Origin: Candidatus Omnitrophota bacterium
GTDB taxonomy: Bacteria; Omnitrophota; Gorgyraeia; JAGLLT01
Length of the DNA stretch: 41,235 nucleotides
NCBI GenBank assembly: GCA_023140385.1
Contig: JAGLLT010000043.1
Span: 1-41,235, forward strand
Reading direction: 5' to 3'
In this document: positions 10,130-21,035 of the stretch, piece after piece
Position numbering within the stretch: the stretch's first letter is position 1
Layout of the letters: every line of letters starts with the position of its first letter
Notes under the pieces: model-generated
The model's input: the letters and a program-made list of their open reading frames with translations, nothing else
What the model was told of the DNA's origin: nothing
The model's database searches: none
Translations under genes and position numbers: made by a program

Positions 10130-11599
10130 GTGGGTGATCCGAGAGGATTTTTAAAGGTTGAAAGAAAATGCGCGAAGAGCAGGCCCGTCCATAAGCGCCT
10201 TAAGGATTTTAGAGAAGTAATCTCCTTAAGAAGCCAGGCTGTTACTCTGGAGCAGGCTTCGCGCTGTATGGACTGCGGTACTCCTTTTTGTCATGATAGA
10301 TGCCCTTTAGGCAATTACATTCCTGAATGGAATGACTTTGTTTTTAGCGGACATTGGAAAAAAGCCTTTGATTTGCTTGAAGCCGGCAATAACTTCCCTG
10401 AGTTTACGGGGAGGCTGTGCCCGGCCCACTGTGAGTATGCCTGTGTTTTAGGAATAAACGATGACCCGATAACAATTAGGGAAAACGAACTTGCTATTAT
10501 TGAATACGCTTTTAAAAATGGATTAGTCAAGGCTTATCCTCCGGCGAGAAGAACCGGGAAAAAAATAGCCGTTGTTGGTTCGGGGCCGGCAGGCCTTTCC
10601 TGCGCGGCGCAGCTTAATAAAGCGGGGCATAAGGTTGTTATTTTCGAAAAAGACGATAAGATAGGCGGCATCCTGCGTTACGGTATTCCTGACTTTAAGC
10701 TTAATAAACGGATTATTGACAGGCGAATTGAGATTATGAAAAAGGAAGGAATTAAGTTTTTTACTAATGTTAACGTAGGAAAAGATATACGCTTAACAAA
10801 AATCCGCCGTGAGTTTAATGTTGTCTGTCTCACGGGAGGAAGCCGTACCCCCCGCGACTTAAAGATAGAAGGAAGAGAATTAAAGGGCATTCACTTTGCT
10901 ATGGATTACTTAATCCAGGCTAACAAAAGAGCGGCCGGCCTTATAGTGCCTGAAGAAGCCATAGACGCTAAAGGTAAACAGATAGTAGTTATCGGAGGCG
11001 GAGATACGGGGGCGGACTGTGTCGGTACAGCTCATAGACAGGGAGCGGCCGGTGTAACCCAGATTGAGATAATGCCTAAACCGCCTGCCAGCCGGACACA
11101 AGAGTGCCCCTGGCCGGAGTATCCAGCTCTTTTAAAAGTTTCTACCAGTCATCAAGAGGGCGGCAAGAGGCAGTGGCTGGTGTTGACAAAAAGGTTTATC
11201 GGTGAGGAAGGCAGGCTGAAGAAGATTATGTGTGTAAAGGTTGATTTTAGAAAAGACGAGGGAGATTCGGCAAAGCCCAAAGGACGAAGCCGGAGTGGTC
11301 ATATTATGAAGGAAGTCGCGGGAAGTGAATTTGAGATTAAGGCCGACCTGGCGCTTTTAGCTATAGGCTTTACACATCCCGAGCATAATGAACTACTAAA
11401 AAACCCGAAGGTTGAATTGAATAAAAGAGGCAATGTGAAGACTGATGAGAATTATATAACCTCTGTTAAAGGAGTATTCTCGGCGGGCGATATGAGGACT
11501 GGGCAGTCTTTAATTGTCGAGGTTATCGCGGAAGGCAGGCGCAGCGCTCATTGCATCGATAAGTATCTCATGGGAAAAACTTACTTGCCGGCGATATGA
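10130..11599 (+). CDS. gltD: Glutamate synthase small subunit
   Basis: 'RCMDCGTPFC', 'GSGPAGL', 'GGGDTGADC'; immediately follows gltB. Confidence 0.96.
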   Translation: MGDPRGFLKVERKCAKSRPVHKRLKDFREVISLRSQAVTLEQASRCMDCGTPFCHDRCPLGNYIPEWNDFVFSGHWKKAFDLLEAGNNFPEFTGRLCPAHCEYACVLGINDDPITIRENELAIIEYAFKNGLVKAYPPARRTGKKIAVVGSGPAGLSCAAQLNKAGHKVVIFEKDDKIGGILRYGIPDFKLNKRIIDRRIEIMKKEGIKFFTNVNVGKDIRLTKIRREFNVVCLTGGSRTPRDLKIEGRELKGIHFAMDYLIQANKRAAGLIVPEEAIDAKGKQIVVIGGGDTGADCVGTAHRQGAAGVTQIEIMPKPPASRTQECPWPEYPALLKVSTSHQEGGKRQWLVLTKRFIGEEGRLKKIMCVKVDFRKDEGDSAKPKGRSRSGHIMKEVAGSEFEIKADLALLAIGFTHPEHNELLKNPKVELNKRGNVKTDENYITSVKGVFSAGDMRTGQSLIVEVIAEGRRSAHCIDKYLMGKTYLPAI

Positions 11600-11658
11600 A
11601 AGATACTAAAATAATCATCCTGGTTTATAAAATTATTAGGTAAGATTCAAAAAAGTAC

Positions 11659-11687
11659 TTGACAGGTTAAGGCAGGTGTGCTATTTT
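11659..11687 (+). promoter_or_regulatory. sigma70-type promoter
   Basis: TTGACA-17bp-TATTTT with extended TG. Confidence 0.65.
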
Positions 11688-11694
11688 TTTAAGC

Positions 11695-11760
11695 ACACAA
11701 TGAAGTGTATAAAAAACGGACAAAGCGGGTCCTTATAATATAGGGGTGCGCTTTTTTTTA
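11695..11760 (+). promoter_or_regulatory. Putative ANTAR-target leader with terminator
   Basis: P1 ACAC-AATGAA-GTGT; P2 GGAC-AAAGCGG-GTCC (7-nt loop); terminator AAAGCG...CGCTTT plus T-tract overlaps P2. Confidence 0.7.
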
Positions 11761-11807
11761 TTTTAAGTCTCCCTGAAATTCAAACAGCAAAAAAAAGGAG
11801 AAAGATT

Positions 11808-13448
11808 ATGTCTCAATGGCCAAAAACTAATGATGCAATCGGAACTGTAAACCGCGGTAACCCTTGTGAATCAGGCCTGTGCACATTATGCCGTGCTGAT
11901 TGTATGGGAAAGTGTGAAACATGGCTCTCAAGTTTAAGGGGCAGAAAACTGCTTTACCCCAGAGATTTTGCCAGTATTACAGCTGGCAGCGCGAATACAG
12001 ACCATGTAGGTGTATCTTATAATTCTCTTCGTATTCAAGGCTATCTCTACGGAGCTAACAACCTGCCTGAAGGAGTGAGTAATAGCGCTGATGATTGTGT
12101 TTTCCCCAATGTATCTTTAGAAACTGAATTTGGCACTGAAATAAAAACTAAAGTAAGAGTACCTATGATGACAGGAGCTCTGGGTTCTACTTTTATCGCC
12201 GCTAAGTACTGGGATTCCTTTTCCATTGGCGCTTCTCTGGTGGGATTTCCGATAGTCGTGGGAGAAAACGTAGTAGGAATTGACAAAGAGGCTGTTATTG
12301 AAAACGGCAAGATTAAAAAAGCCCCGGAGTTAGATCGAAGAGTTGATACCTACTTGCGCTACTATGATGGATACGGAGCCATTATCGTTCAGATGAATGT
12401 GGAAGATACAAGAAACGGTGTGGCGGAGTATCTGATTGAAAAATACGGCGACAAGGTAATTATAGAGCTCAAGTGGGGACAAGGCGCCAAGGTTATTGGC
12501 GGCGAAATTCAGGTAACCAGCCTCGAGTATGCCGTATTCCTTAAAGAACGGGGATACGTGGTAGATCCTGATCCGACAAAGCCGGAAGTTATAGAAGCTT
12601 TTAAGCACGGGGCGATTAGGTCTATAGCCCGCCACAGCAGGCTGGGATATACGGATAAGTCATCAATTGATGAAGTAAAAAACACCTTTATGGAGGCTGT
12701 GGCCTATCTGCGCAAGCTCGGGTATAAGCGTATATCTTTAAAAACAGGCTCTTATGGAATGGAAGCCTTGGCGATGTCTATAAAGTATGCTTCAGAGGCC
12801 AATCTGGATCTTTTAACTATAGACGGCTCCGGCGGCGGTACCGGAATGAGCCCGTGGAATATGATGGAGAGCTGGGGGGTGCCTTCTGTTCTTCTTCACT
12901 CAAAGGCCTATGAATACGCGGCCATGCTTGAGGCTAAAGGCCAGAAGGTAGTGGATATGGCATTTGCCGGCGGAATTGCCAAAGAGGATCAGATATTTAA
13001 GGCTTTGGCCTTAGGAGCGCCATATACTAAGCTTATTTGTATGGGAAGATCTCTTATGATCCCCGGTTATCTGGGTTCTAATATTGAAGGTGTCCTTAAG
13101 CCTGATGTGAAAAAGAAGGTTAACGGCAACTGGGATAAATTGCCTAAGTCTGTATCTAATCTCGGCTCCAGCCCGGAAGAAATATTTGCCGGATATTATG
13201 ACCTTGAGAAGAAGGTTGGCAAGGATGAGATGAAGAATATCCCGTATGGCGCTATCGCGGTTTGGACGCTGGCGGACAAACTGGGTGCCGGCTTACAGCA
13301 GTTAATGGCCGGTGTCAGAAAGTTCAGCCCGGAGGGAATTAGTCGGAACGAGATTTTTTCCGCCAATAGAGAAACGGAAAAAGAGACCAAGATCCCCTTT
13401 ATTACTGATATCGCGGATGACAAGGCAAAGGAAATAATTGAAGGCTAA
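11808..13448 (+). CDS. FMN-binding glutamate synthase family protein (stand-alone synthase domain)
   Basis: 'ELKWGQGAK.IGGE', 'IDGSGGGTGMSP', 'FKALALGA', N-terminal Cys cluster; RBS AAGGAG. Confidence 0.88.
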   Translation: MSQWPKTNDAIGTVNRGNPCESGLCTLCRADCMGKCETWLSSLRGRKLLYPRDFASITAGSANTDHVGVSYNSLRIQGYLYGANNLPEGVSNSADDCVFPNVSLETEFGTEIKTKVRVPMMTGALGSTFIAAKYWDSFSIGASLVGFPIVVGENVVGIDKEAVIENGKIKKAPELDRRVDTYLRYYDGYGAIIVQMNVEDTRNGVAEYLIEKYGDKVIIELKWGQGAKVIGGEIQVTSLEYAVFLKERGYVVDPDPTKPEVIEAFKHGAIRSIARHSRLGYTDKSSIDEVKNTFMEAVAYLRKLGYKRISLKTGSYGMEALAMSIKYASEANLDLLTIDGSGGGTGMSPWNMMESWGVPSVLLHSKAYEYAAMLEAKGQKVVDMAFAGGIAKEDQIFKALALGAPYTKLICMGRSLMIPGYLGSNIEGVLKPDVKKKVNGNWDKLPKSVSNLGSSPEEIFAGYYDLEKKVGKDEMKNIPYGAIAVWTLADKLGAGLQQLMAGVRKFSPEGISRNEIFSANRETEKETKIPFITDIADDKAKEIIEG

Positions 13449-13472
13449 TAGTAAGAAGTAAAAGAAGATATT

Positions 13473-13505
13473 AAAGAGGGATGTAATATATGCATCCCTC
13501 TTTTT
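13473..13505 (+). terminator. Intrinsic terminator
   Basis: AAAGAGGGATGTA-ATATA-TGCATCCCTCTTT followed by further Ts. Confidence 0.85.
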
Positions 13506-13538
13506 GTTGAAGATTGGAAGCAAATTATAAGGTAAATC

Positions 13539-13567
13539 TTGACACTTATTTAAAACTATGTTATAAA
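13539..13567 (+). promoter_or_regulatory. sigma70-type promoter of carAB
   Basis: TTGACA-17bp-TATAAA with extended TG. Confidence 0.75.
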
Positions 13568-13573
13568 AGATAA

Positions 13574-13649
13574 GGCGCACAAGGAGGTGTCGCCCGTTTT
13601 AATGAAGATGAGACAGAGACGTCCTGAAATTGAGGATGTCTTTTTTTTT
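13574..13649 (+). promoter_or_regulatory. Putative ANTAR-target leader with terminator upstream of carA
   Basis: P1 GCAC-AAGGAG-GTGT; P2 GAC-AGAGAC-GTC; both hexaloops have A1/G4 and C-G closure; terminator AGAGACGTCCT-GAAATTG-AGGATGTCTTT plus T-tract. Confidence 0.78.
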
Positions 13650-13704
13650 AAACAAAGCCGCTAATTCGCTTATTAAAAGATAAATACTACAAGGTTTAAG
13701 GGTT

Positions 13705-14826
13705 ATGAGTCTAAATAAAAAGATGAACGCTGTAATTGCTTTAGAGGACGGAACGGTTTTTAAAGGAAAATCTTTTGGCGCCGCGGGAGAAAGGTGCGCT
13801 GAGATTGTTTTTAATACCAGTATGACAGGCTATCAGGAAATTCTTACCGATCCTTCCTATAAAGGACAGTTTGTCCTTATGACTTATCCTCTAATAGGTA
13901 ACTACGGGATAAATCCAGAGGATGTTGAATCGCGCGAACCGTTTGTAGAAGGTTTTATTGTTAAAGAGTGCAGCCGCATAGCCAGCAATTGGCGTTCTCA
14001 AGAGACATTACGTGAATATCTAAAAAAGAATAAAATATTGGGAATTGAAGGTATAGATACGCGTGCTTTGACAAGGCATATTAGATTAAAGGGGGCGATG
14101 AAGGCTGTTATTTCAACTGTAGATACGAACGAGAAAAACCTGGTGGAAAGGGTTAAGGCTTCACCCGGCTTAATCGGGCGCGATCTGGTGAAAAAGGTTA
14201 CTTGTGGCCAGACTTATACTTGGCCACAGCCACCAGAAAAGCAATTTAAGGTTGTAGTTTTGGATTGTGGAGTAAAATTTAATATTTTGAGAGAACTCGC
14301 GGAACATAGTTGCGAGATAACAGTTGTTCCGGCTACAACCAAATCCGATGAAATTCTAAAATTGAAGCCGGACGGTGTTTTACTTTCTAATGGCCCGGGA
14401 GATCCCGAGGGCGTTTCTTATGTAGTTGAAACCGTAAAGGAGCTGATAGGCAAGGTGCCGATATTTGGAATATGCCTTGGACATCAAATGCTGGGGTTGG
14501 CTTTGGGCGGCAGGACGTATAAGCTTAAGTTCGGCCACCATGGCGCGAATCACCCGGCAAAAAACCTGAAAACCGGTAGAATTGCCATTACGGTTCAAAA
14601 TCACGGATTCTGTGTGGACATAAATTCGTTAAGTAAAAAGGATGTAGAAGTTACGCACATAAACTTAAATGACAACACATGTGAAGGGCTAAAGCACAAG
14701 AGTCTGCCCGTATTTTCGGTGCAGTTTCATCCCGAGGCTTCAGCCGGCCCTAATGACGCCAAGTATTTATTCCATGAGTTTATGAAAACAATGAGGAAAC
14801 ATAGTGCCAAAAAGAACCGACATTAA
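13705..14826 (+). CDS. carA: Carbamoyl-phosphate synthase small subunit
   Basis: '[17 protein letters not shown]', 'SNGPGDP', 'GICLGHQ', 'QFHPE'. Confidence 0.98.
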   Translation: MSLNKKMNAVIALEDGTVFKGKSFGAAGERCAEIVFNTSMTGYQEILTDPSYKGQFVLMTYPLIGNYGINPEDVESREPFVEGFIVKECSRIASNWRSQETLREYLKKNKILGIEGIDTRALTRHIRLKGAMKAVISTVDTNEKNLVERVKASPGLIGRDLVKKVTCGQTYTWPQPPEKQFKVVVLDCGVKFNILRELAEHSCEITVVPATTKSDEILKLKPDGVLLSNGPGDPEGVSYVVETVKELIGKVPIFGICLGHQMLGLALGGRTYKLKFGHHGANHPAKNLKTGRIAITVQNHGFCVDINSLSKKDVEVTHINLNDNTCEGLKHKSLPVFSVQFHPEASAGPNDAKYLFHEFMKTMRKHSAKKNRH

Positions 14827-17800
14827 AAAAATACTTATTATAGGTTCCGGCCCCATTGTTATAGGCCAGGCGTGTGAATTTGACTATTCGGGAACACAGG
14901 CCTGCAAAGCGCTTAAGGAGGAGGGGATTAAGGTTGTGCTTGTTAACTCTAATCCCGCGACAATAATGACCGATCCTGAGCTGGCAGATGCTACCTATAT
15001 TGAGCCCATTACGCCGGAGATTTTAGAGAAGATCATCGCCAAAGAAAAGCCGGATGCTTTATTGCCGACCCTGGGCGGGCAGACGGGCCTTAATACGGCA
15101 ATAAAAATAGCTGAAAGAGGGGTTTTGGACAAATATGGCGTGGAAATGATAGGGGCTGATTATGAAGCTATTAAAAAAGCCGAAGATAGAGAATGTTTTA
15201 AAAAGGCCATGGAAGCGATAGGGCTGGATTTACCCAGGAGCGCTTTGGCGTTCAATATGAATGAGGCGCGCGAAGCACTCGCGGCAATAGGACTACCGGT
15301 TATTATCCGGCCGAGTTTTACGCTTGGAGGGACAGGCGGGGGTATAGCAGTGACAGAAGATGAGTTTGAAAAAATAGCGGATGTGGGACTAAGAAACAGT
15401 ATGATTAGTGAGATTCTAATTGAAGAATCTATTGTCGGCTGGAAAGAATATGAACTGGAGGTTATGAGAGACAATAAGGACAATGTAGTAATAGTCTGCT
15501 CTATAGAGAACTTTGATCCTTTAGGTATTCACACCGGTGACTCAATAACCGTTGCTCCCGCCCAGACCCTGACCGACAAAGAGTATCAAAAAATGAGAGA
15601 CGCGGCAATCGCGATAATAAGGGAAATAGGTGTTGAAACAGGTGGTTCAAATATTCAGTTTGCCCTTAATCCCAGAGACGGGAGAATGGTTGTTATTGAA
15701 ATGAATCCCAGGGTTTCAAGGAGTTCCGCCTTAGCGAGTAAGGCAACGGGTTTTCCTATCGCGAAGATCGCGGCCAAACTTGCCATAGGCTATACCCTTG
15801 ATGAGATAAGAAACGATATTACAAAAGAAACCCCTGCCTGCTTTGAGCCCGCGATAGATTATTGCGTGGTAAAAATTCCAAGATTTACTTTCGAGAAATT
15901 TCCTGAGGCAAAAGATATTCTGGGCATATCGATGAAATCGGTCGGTGAAACTATGGCCATTGGCCGGACATTTAAAGAAGCCTTACAAAAAGGTTTAAGA
16001 GGCTTAGAAATTGGACATACAGGATTGGACGATAAATCAGATTATAAAGAGATATCTGATGAAAAAATCAAGCTGAGACTGCGAGAGCCTAATGCTTCGC
16101 GAATATTTTATATAAAATACGCTTTACAAAAAGGATACAGCATTGACGATGTTTTTCAACTTACCTCTATAGACCCCTGGTTTATTGATAATATTAAACA
16201 AATAGTAGAGCTTGAAGCTGAGATAGTCCGCAGTCCGCAGTCCATAGTCCATAGACAGAAAATAGCAACTAAAAAGAATCTGTCGACTATTGACTATGGA
16301 CTATCGACTGCTTTGCTCAGAAGAGCGAAACAGTATGGCTTTAGCGACAGGCAAATCGCGGATTTGATAAATTTGGATGAACTATCAGTTAGAAATCTAA
16401 GAAAGCGGGAGGGCATAGAAAGCACTTTTAAATTAGTGGATACCTGCGCCGCGGAATTTGAAGCCTATACTCCGTATTATTATTCAACTTATGAAACAGA
16501 AGACGAGACCAGGATTTCCGGGAAGAAAAAGATAATGATATTGGGAGGAGGCCCGAACAGAATTGGCCAGGGAATTGAATTTGATTATTGCTGCTGCCAT
16601 GCTTCTTTCGCGCTTAAAGAGTTAGGTTATGAAACCATTATGGTTAACTCAAATCCGGAGACGGTCTCAACAGACTATGATACGTCGGATAAGTTATATT
16701 TTGAACCATTAACTTTTGAAGATGTAATGAATATCATTGATAAGGAGAGGCCCAATGGTGTGATAGTGCAATTCGGCGGGCAGACCCCGTTAAATCTAGC
16801 AAAAAGATTAAAAGAAGCCGGCGTGCCTATTATTGGCACATCTGTTAAGTCAATTGATAGAGCGGAAAACAGAGATAAATTCGCGAGATTGGTTAGGAAA
16901 TTAAAAATTAATCAACCGGCTAACGGCTCAGCTGTTTCAGGAGAAGAAGCGGAGAAGATTGCTAAGAGAATAGGGTATCCTATATTAGTAAGGCCGTCAT
17001 ATGTGCTGGGCGGAAGGGCGATGAAGATTGTTTATGATAATGTTTCTTTGGGTGAATTCATAAAAGAGGCAAAGGATACTTCCCGCGAACAGCCTATTTT
17101 AATAGACAAATTTTTAGAGGGTGCTATTGAAGTGGACGTTGACGCTCTTTCAGATGGAGAACAAACCCTGATAGGCGGCATTATGGAACATATAGAGGAA
17201 GCGGGGGTGCATTCCGGCGATTCGGCTTGCGTATTTCCTCCGCATACTTTAAGTGATGATGTTATAGATACCATAAGGGAATATACGTATAAATTGTCGA
17301 AAGAATTAAAGGTTAAGGGTTTATTGAATATTCAGTTCGCGGTAAAAAATGATACTGTATATGTTTTAGAAGTTAACCCCAGGGCTTCCAGAACAGTACC
17401 TTTTGTAAGTAAGGCATTGGGTGTTCCTTTGGCAAAGATAGCAGCCAAACTGATGGTGGGCAGGAAGCTCCGGGAGTTGGGATACACAAAAGAGAAAAGA
17501 TTAAATCATATATCGGTAAAAGAATCTGTTTTACCATTTTCAAAATTTTCCGGTGTGGACATATTACTTGGCCCGGAGATGAAATCAACCGGTGAGGTGA
17601 TGGGGATAGGCTCCTCGTTTGGAATAGCTTTCTATAAGGCTCAAATTGCGGCAGGCCAGGCTCTCCCGGTTAAAGGCAAGGTTTTTATAAGTGTTAAAAA
17701 TGATGACAAAAGAGATATAGTATTTGTTGCCAAAAAACTTTACGATATGGGCTTTGAAATAATTGCCACAAAAGGAACATCTAAAGTCTTTCGTTCCAAT

Positions 17801-18073
17801 AATATTGAAACAGAAGTGGTAGGTAAAATTGGAGAAGGTGATAGCGAAATTTTAGAACTCATAAAAAAGGGTGAACTAAATCTTATTATCAATACGCCCT
17901 CAGGACAAAAAGGCCAATCTGATATGAAGCCTATGAGAAATTCAGCGGTTATGCACGGAATTCCCTGCATAACTACAATTCAAGGCGCTCAAGCAGCTGT
18001 TAATGGAATAGAAACCATATTAAAAAGTGATTTATCAGTTAAATCTATTCAGGAATATATAGAAGAAAGTTAA
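14804..18073 (+). CDS. carB: Carbamoyl-phosphate synthase large subunit (with in-frame repeat-derived insert)
   Basis: '[30 protein letters not shown]', duplicated ATP-grasp domains, MGS C-terminus; GTG start. Confidence 0.98.
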   Translation: MPKRTDIKKILIIGSGPIVIGQACEFDYSGTQACKALKEEGIKVVLVNSNPATIMTDPELADATYIEPITPEILEKIIAKEKPDALLPTLGGQTGLNTAIKIAERGVLDKYGVEMIGADYEAIKKAEDRECFKKAMEAIGLDLPRSALAFNMNEAREALAAIGLPVIIRPSFTLGGTGGGIAVTEDEFEKIADVGLRNSMISEILIEESIVGWKEYELEVMRDNKDNVVIVCSIENFDPLGIHTGDSITVAPAQTLTDKEYQKMRDAAIAIIREIGVETGGSNIQFALNPRDGRMVVIEMNPRVSRSSALASKATGFPIAKIAAKLAIGYTLDEIRNDITKETPACFEPAIDYCVVKIPRFTFEKFPEAKDILGISMKSVGETMAIGRTFKEALQKGLRGLEIGHTGLDDKSDYKEISDEKIKLRLREPNASRIFYIKYALQKGYSIDDVFQLTSIDPWFIDNIKQIVELEAEIVRSPQSIVHRQKIATKKNLSTIDYGLSTALLRRAKQYGFSDRQIADLINLDELSVRNLRKREGIESTFKLVDTCAAEFEAYTPYYYSTYETEDETRISGKKKIMILGGGPNRIGQGIEFDYCCCHASFALKELGYETIMVNSNPETVSTDYDTSDKLYFEPLTFEDVMNIIDKERPNGVIVQFGGQTPLNLAKRLKEAGVPIIGTSVKSIDRAENRDKFARLVRKLKINQPANGSAVSGEEAEKIAKRIGYPILVRPSYVLGGRAMKIVYDNVSLGEFIKEAKDTSREQPILIDKFLEGAIEVDVDALSDGEQTLIGGIMEHIEEAGVHSGDSACVFPPHTLSDDVIDTIREYTYKLSKELKVKGLLNIQFAVKNDTVYVLEVNPRASRTVPFVSKALGVPLAKIAAKLMVGRKLRELGYTKEKRLNHISVKESVLPFSKFSGVDILLGPEMKSTGEVMGIGSSFGIAFYKAQIAAGQALPVKGKVFISVKNDDKRDIVFVAKKLYDMGFEIIATKGTSKVFRSNNIETEVVGKIGEGDSEILELIKKGELNLIINTPSGQKGQSDMKPMRNSAVMHGIPCITTIQGAQAAVNGIETILKSDLSVKSIQEYIEES
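16223..16311. repeat. Inverted heptamer tandem-repeat element inside carB
   Basis: Left arm AGTCCGC x2, AGTCCAT x2, GACAGA; right arm TCTGTC overlapping GTCGACT-ATTGACT-ATGGACT-ATCGACT (reverse-complement units). Confidence 0.9.
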
Positions 18074-18251
18074 TCCAACTCTACTGGCTGAATTTACCCC
18101 GCCCTTTCCCGCCGCAACATCCAAAATTTAATATAAATCACAAAATTCCCCAAGTGTTAAATCCCCATAGCGCTGGAACTTTAGGTATTGCCAGATATAC
18201 CGTAAGTATGATATAGTAATTTATTCTGCTCGGAACTTATGGAGATTTAAG

Positions 18252-20090
18252 GTGATGAAAGAAAAAGCCTACGACGTGATAATCGTCGGCGGAGGCCATG
18301 CCGGCTGTGAAGCGGCGCTTGCCTGTGCCCGCCTTAAGATGAAAACCTGCCTGATTACTTTCCATAAAGACAAAATAGGGACTTTGAGTTGTAATCCTGC
18401 TGTTGGCGGCCTGGGCAAAGGGCAGTTGGTAAAGGAGATTGATGCCCTGGGTGGTGAGATTGCCAAAGCTACAGACGCTTGCGGCATACAGTTTAAAATT
18501 CTTAATGCCTCAAAGGGCCCGGCCGTTTGGTCGTCCCGAGCCCAGGTAGATATAGATAAGTTCGGACGATATATACTGGAGGTTGTGGAAAAACAAAGCA
18601 ACCTTGGAGTTTTGGAAGATGAAGTAACGGATTTTATCTTTAAGGACAAAAAAATCCGCGGCATTATTACGGCAGGCGGTAAGAAGATAAAAAGCAAAAA
18701 GGTAATTGTTGCTCCCGGCACCTTTTTAAACGGCTTGATGCACGTGGGCTTAAAGAGTTTTCCCGGCGGAAGGCTGGAGGAGCCGGAGACAGCTGTGAAG
18801 CTTTCTGAATCACTTAAGAAGTTAGGCCATAAAATACTGCGCTTTAAGACAGGAACCTGCGCCCGCGTAGACGGCAGAACCATAGATTTTTCCAAATGCG
18901 CTGAGCAGGAAGGTGATAAGCCGCCGACTCCTTTCTCACTTTCTACGAAAAAATTACGTGTCAGACAGATTTCCTGCCATATAACCTACACTAATGAAAA
19001 AACTCATAAGATCATAAGAGATAATCTTGACCGGTCGCCTTTATTCTCAGGCAAGATTACCGGTACGGGCGTGAGGTATTGCCCCTCACTGGAAGACAAG
19101 GTAGTGAAGTTTCCTCATCACAAAAGGCATCAGGTTTTTTTAGAGCCGGAGGGCAAAGGTACTGATGAGTACTATCTTAACGGCCTATCAACAAGTTTGC
19201 CGGAGGACGCGCAGGATGCCTTTATCAGGAGTGTACCCGGCCTTAAAAAGGTGAAGATTAATCGCTTTGGTTATGGCATAGAGCACGACGCCGTAGACTC
19301 CAGACAGCTTTATCCTACTTTGGAATCGAAGATAGTGAAAAATCTTTATCTAGCGGGGCAGATTAACGGGTCTACCGGCTATGAAGAGGCGGCGGCGCAG
19401 GGATTAATTGCCGGCATAAACGCGGTCTTGTCAATAAGGAAGAAAACGCCTTTAATTTTAGACAGGGCTTCAGGCTATATCGGTGTTTTAATTGATGACT
19501 TAGTCACTAAAGGGACCAATGAGCCCTATCGAATGCTTACCTCGCGTGTTGAGTACCGGCTTATCTTAAGGGAGGATAATGCCGATTTGAGATTAAGAAA
19601 GATAGGTTATAAAACAGGGCTGGTCAGCCGAAAAGATTACAATAAAATCATCAAAAAAGAAAAAGAAATAAAAGACGCTTTTAAAAAGCTGAAAGAAATA
19701 AAAATTGCCGCGAAGAGCAAAAAAATTACACTTCATCAGTACCTAAGGCGCCCGGAAGTAAAAATAAAAGAGTTAAAGAAGAAATATAAACTGAAATATT
19801 CAGATGAAGCTCTCAGGCAGGTGGAGATTGAAACCAAATATGAAGGTTTTATTAAAAGACAAATGGCGCAGGTTAAGGCCTTTGAAGATATTGAGAAAGT
19901 GAAAATACCGCCCGAACTGGATTACGCGAAGGTGCCCTCTCTTTCAGGGGAAATTATCGAAAAGTTATCACATTTTAAACCGCTTAACCTGGGCCAGGCC
20001 AACAGGATATCCGGCATAACGCCCGCGGCCATTACCATCCTTATGATTTATTTAAGAAAGTATAAAGGTGAAAAGAAAACCAGGGTATAA
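18252..20090 (+). CDS. mnmG: tRNA uridine-5-carboxymethylaminomethyl(34) synthesis enzyme MnmG (GidA)
   Basis: 'GGGHAGCEAA', 'SCNPAVGG', 'RYCPSLEDK', 'AGQINGSTGYEEAAAQG'. Confidence 0.97.
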   Translation: MMKEKAYDVIIVGGGHAGCEAALACARLKMKTCLITFHKDKIGTLSCNPAVGGLGKGQLVKEIDALGGEIAKATDACGIQFKILNASKGPAVWSSRAQVDIDKFGRYILEVVEKQSNLGVLEDEVTDFIFKDKKIRGIITAGGKKIKSKKVIVAPGTFLNGLMHVGLKSFPGGRLEEPETAVKLSESLKKLGHKILRFKTGTCARVDGRTIDFSKCAEQEGDKPPTPFSLSTKKLRVRQISCHITYTNEKTHKIIRDNLDRSPLFSGKITGTGVRYCPSLEDKVVKFPHHKRHQVFLEPEGKGTDEYYLNGLSTSLPEDAQDAFIRSVPGLKKVKINRFGYGIEHDAVDSRQLYPTLESKIVKNLYLAGQINGSTGYEEAAAQGLIAGINAVLSIRKKTPLILDRASGYIGVLIDDLVTKGTNEPYRMLTSRVEYRLILREDNADLRLRKIGYKTGLVSRKDYNKIIKKEKEIKDAFKKLKEIKIAAKSKKITLHQYLRRPEVKIKELKKKYKLKYSDEALRQVEIETKYEGFIKRQMAQVKAFEDIEKVKIPPELDYAKVPSLSGEIIEKLSHFKPLNLGQANRISGITPAAITILMIYLRKYKGEKKTRV

Positions 20091-20991
20091 AAAATTTTCT
20101 GATTACCTTAAAGGCCGCTTTGGCTGTAAAGTGTACAAAGTGAGTGTAGACGCCGGTTTTTCCTGCCCGAATAAAGACGGGCATTTTTCAAAAAAGGGCT
20201 GTATCTACTGCGACAACAGAACCTTTAACGCGTATAGCGGCGCTAATTTGCCTCCTATAAGTAAACAGATATCCAACGGAATAAAGTTCGGCGGTTCCCG
20301 CTATAAAGCAAAAAAGTTTTTCGTTTATTTTCAGGCGCACACCAATACCTATGCTTCTATAGTTGAGCTTAAGAAAAAATATGATTCTATAAAAAAGTTT
20401 GAAAATGTCGCGGGTTTAATTATCGGTACCAGGCCCGACTGTATTGATAAAGAAAAACTTGATTTAATCGAAAGTTACAGCGACAACTATGAGGTCTGGA
20501 TAGAGTACGGCCTGCAAAGCGTCCACGATAAAACTCTTAAGCTTATAAACAGAAACCACACTTACAATGATTTTCTTAACGCCTATAAACTGACTAAAGG
20601 CAGAAATGTCAAAATCTGCCCCCATGTTATTTTGGGCCTGCCTCATGAGACAACAGATGAAATCCTTAAGACTGCTAAGGAAATGGCGCGGCTTAAGCCG
20701 GATGGCATAAAAATACATCCCCTATATATAGTAAAAGATACTAATTTAGAAAAACTCTATAAGAAAGATAAGTTCAAAATATACTCTTTGGGTGAATACT
20801 TTAATTTACTAATTGAATTTTTAAAGCATTTACATCCTGAAACTATAATTACCCGCTTAACCGCGGATTGTCCCAGAAAACTGCTCATAGAACCCCAGTG
20901 GCTTGAAGAAAAAGCAAGGTTTATTCAGCTTTTAGATAAAGAGGTGGACAAAAGAGGAGTTTCTCAGGGGGATTTGTACGAAGGGGAATGA
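20068..20991 (+). CDS. Radical SAM protein, TIGR01212 (YhcC/YtqA) family
   Basis: 'DAGFSCPNKDG....GCIYC', 'YFQAHTNTY', 'GTRPDC', 'EYGLQS'. Confidence 0.9.
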   Translation: MKRKPGYKKFSDYLKGRFGCKVYKVSVDAGFSCPNKDGHFSKKGCIYCDNRTFNAYSGANLPPISKQISNGIKFGGSRYKAKKFFVYFQAHTNTYASIVELKKKYDSIKKFENVAGLIIGTRPDCIDKEKLDLIESYSDNYEVWIEYGLQSVHDKTLKLINRNHTYNDFLNAYKLTKGRNVKICPHVILGLPHETTDEILKTAKEMARLKPDGIKIHPLYIVKDTNLEKLYKKDKFKIYSLGEYFNLLIEFLKHLHPETIITRLTADCPRKLLIEPQWLEEKARFIQLLDKEVDKRGVSQGDLYEGE

Positions 20992-21035
20992 TTTGCACCC
21001 TTGCTCTATTCAAATCGCGAGGAGGTGTATAAGCA

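Noticed and set aside
18269..18895. 208-aa minus-strand ORF and the other antisense or alternate-frame ORFs in the track
   Set aside because: They are shadows of well-supported + strand genes with no recognisable motifs.
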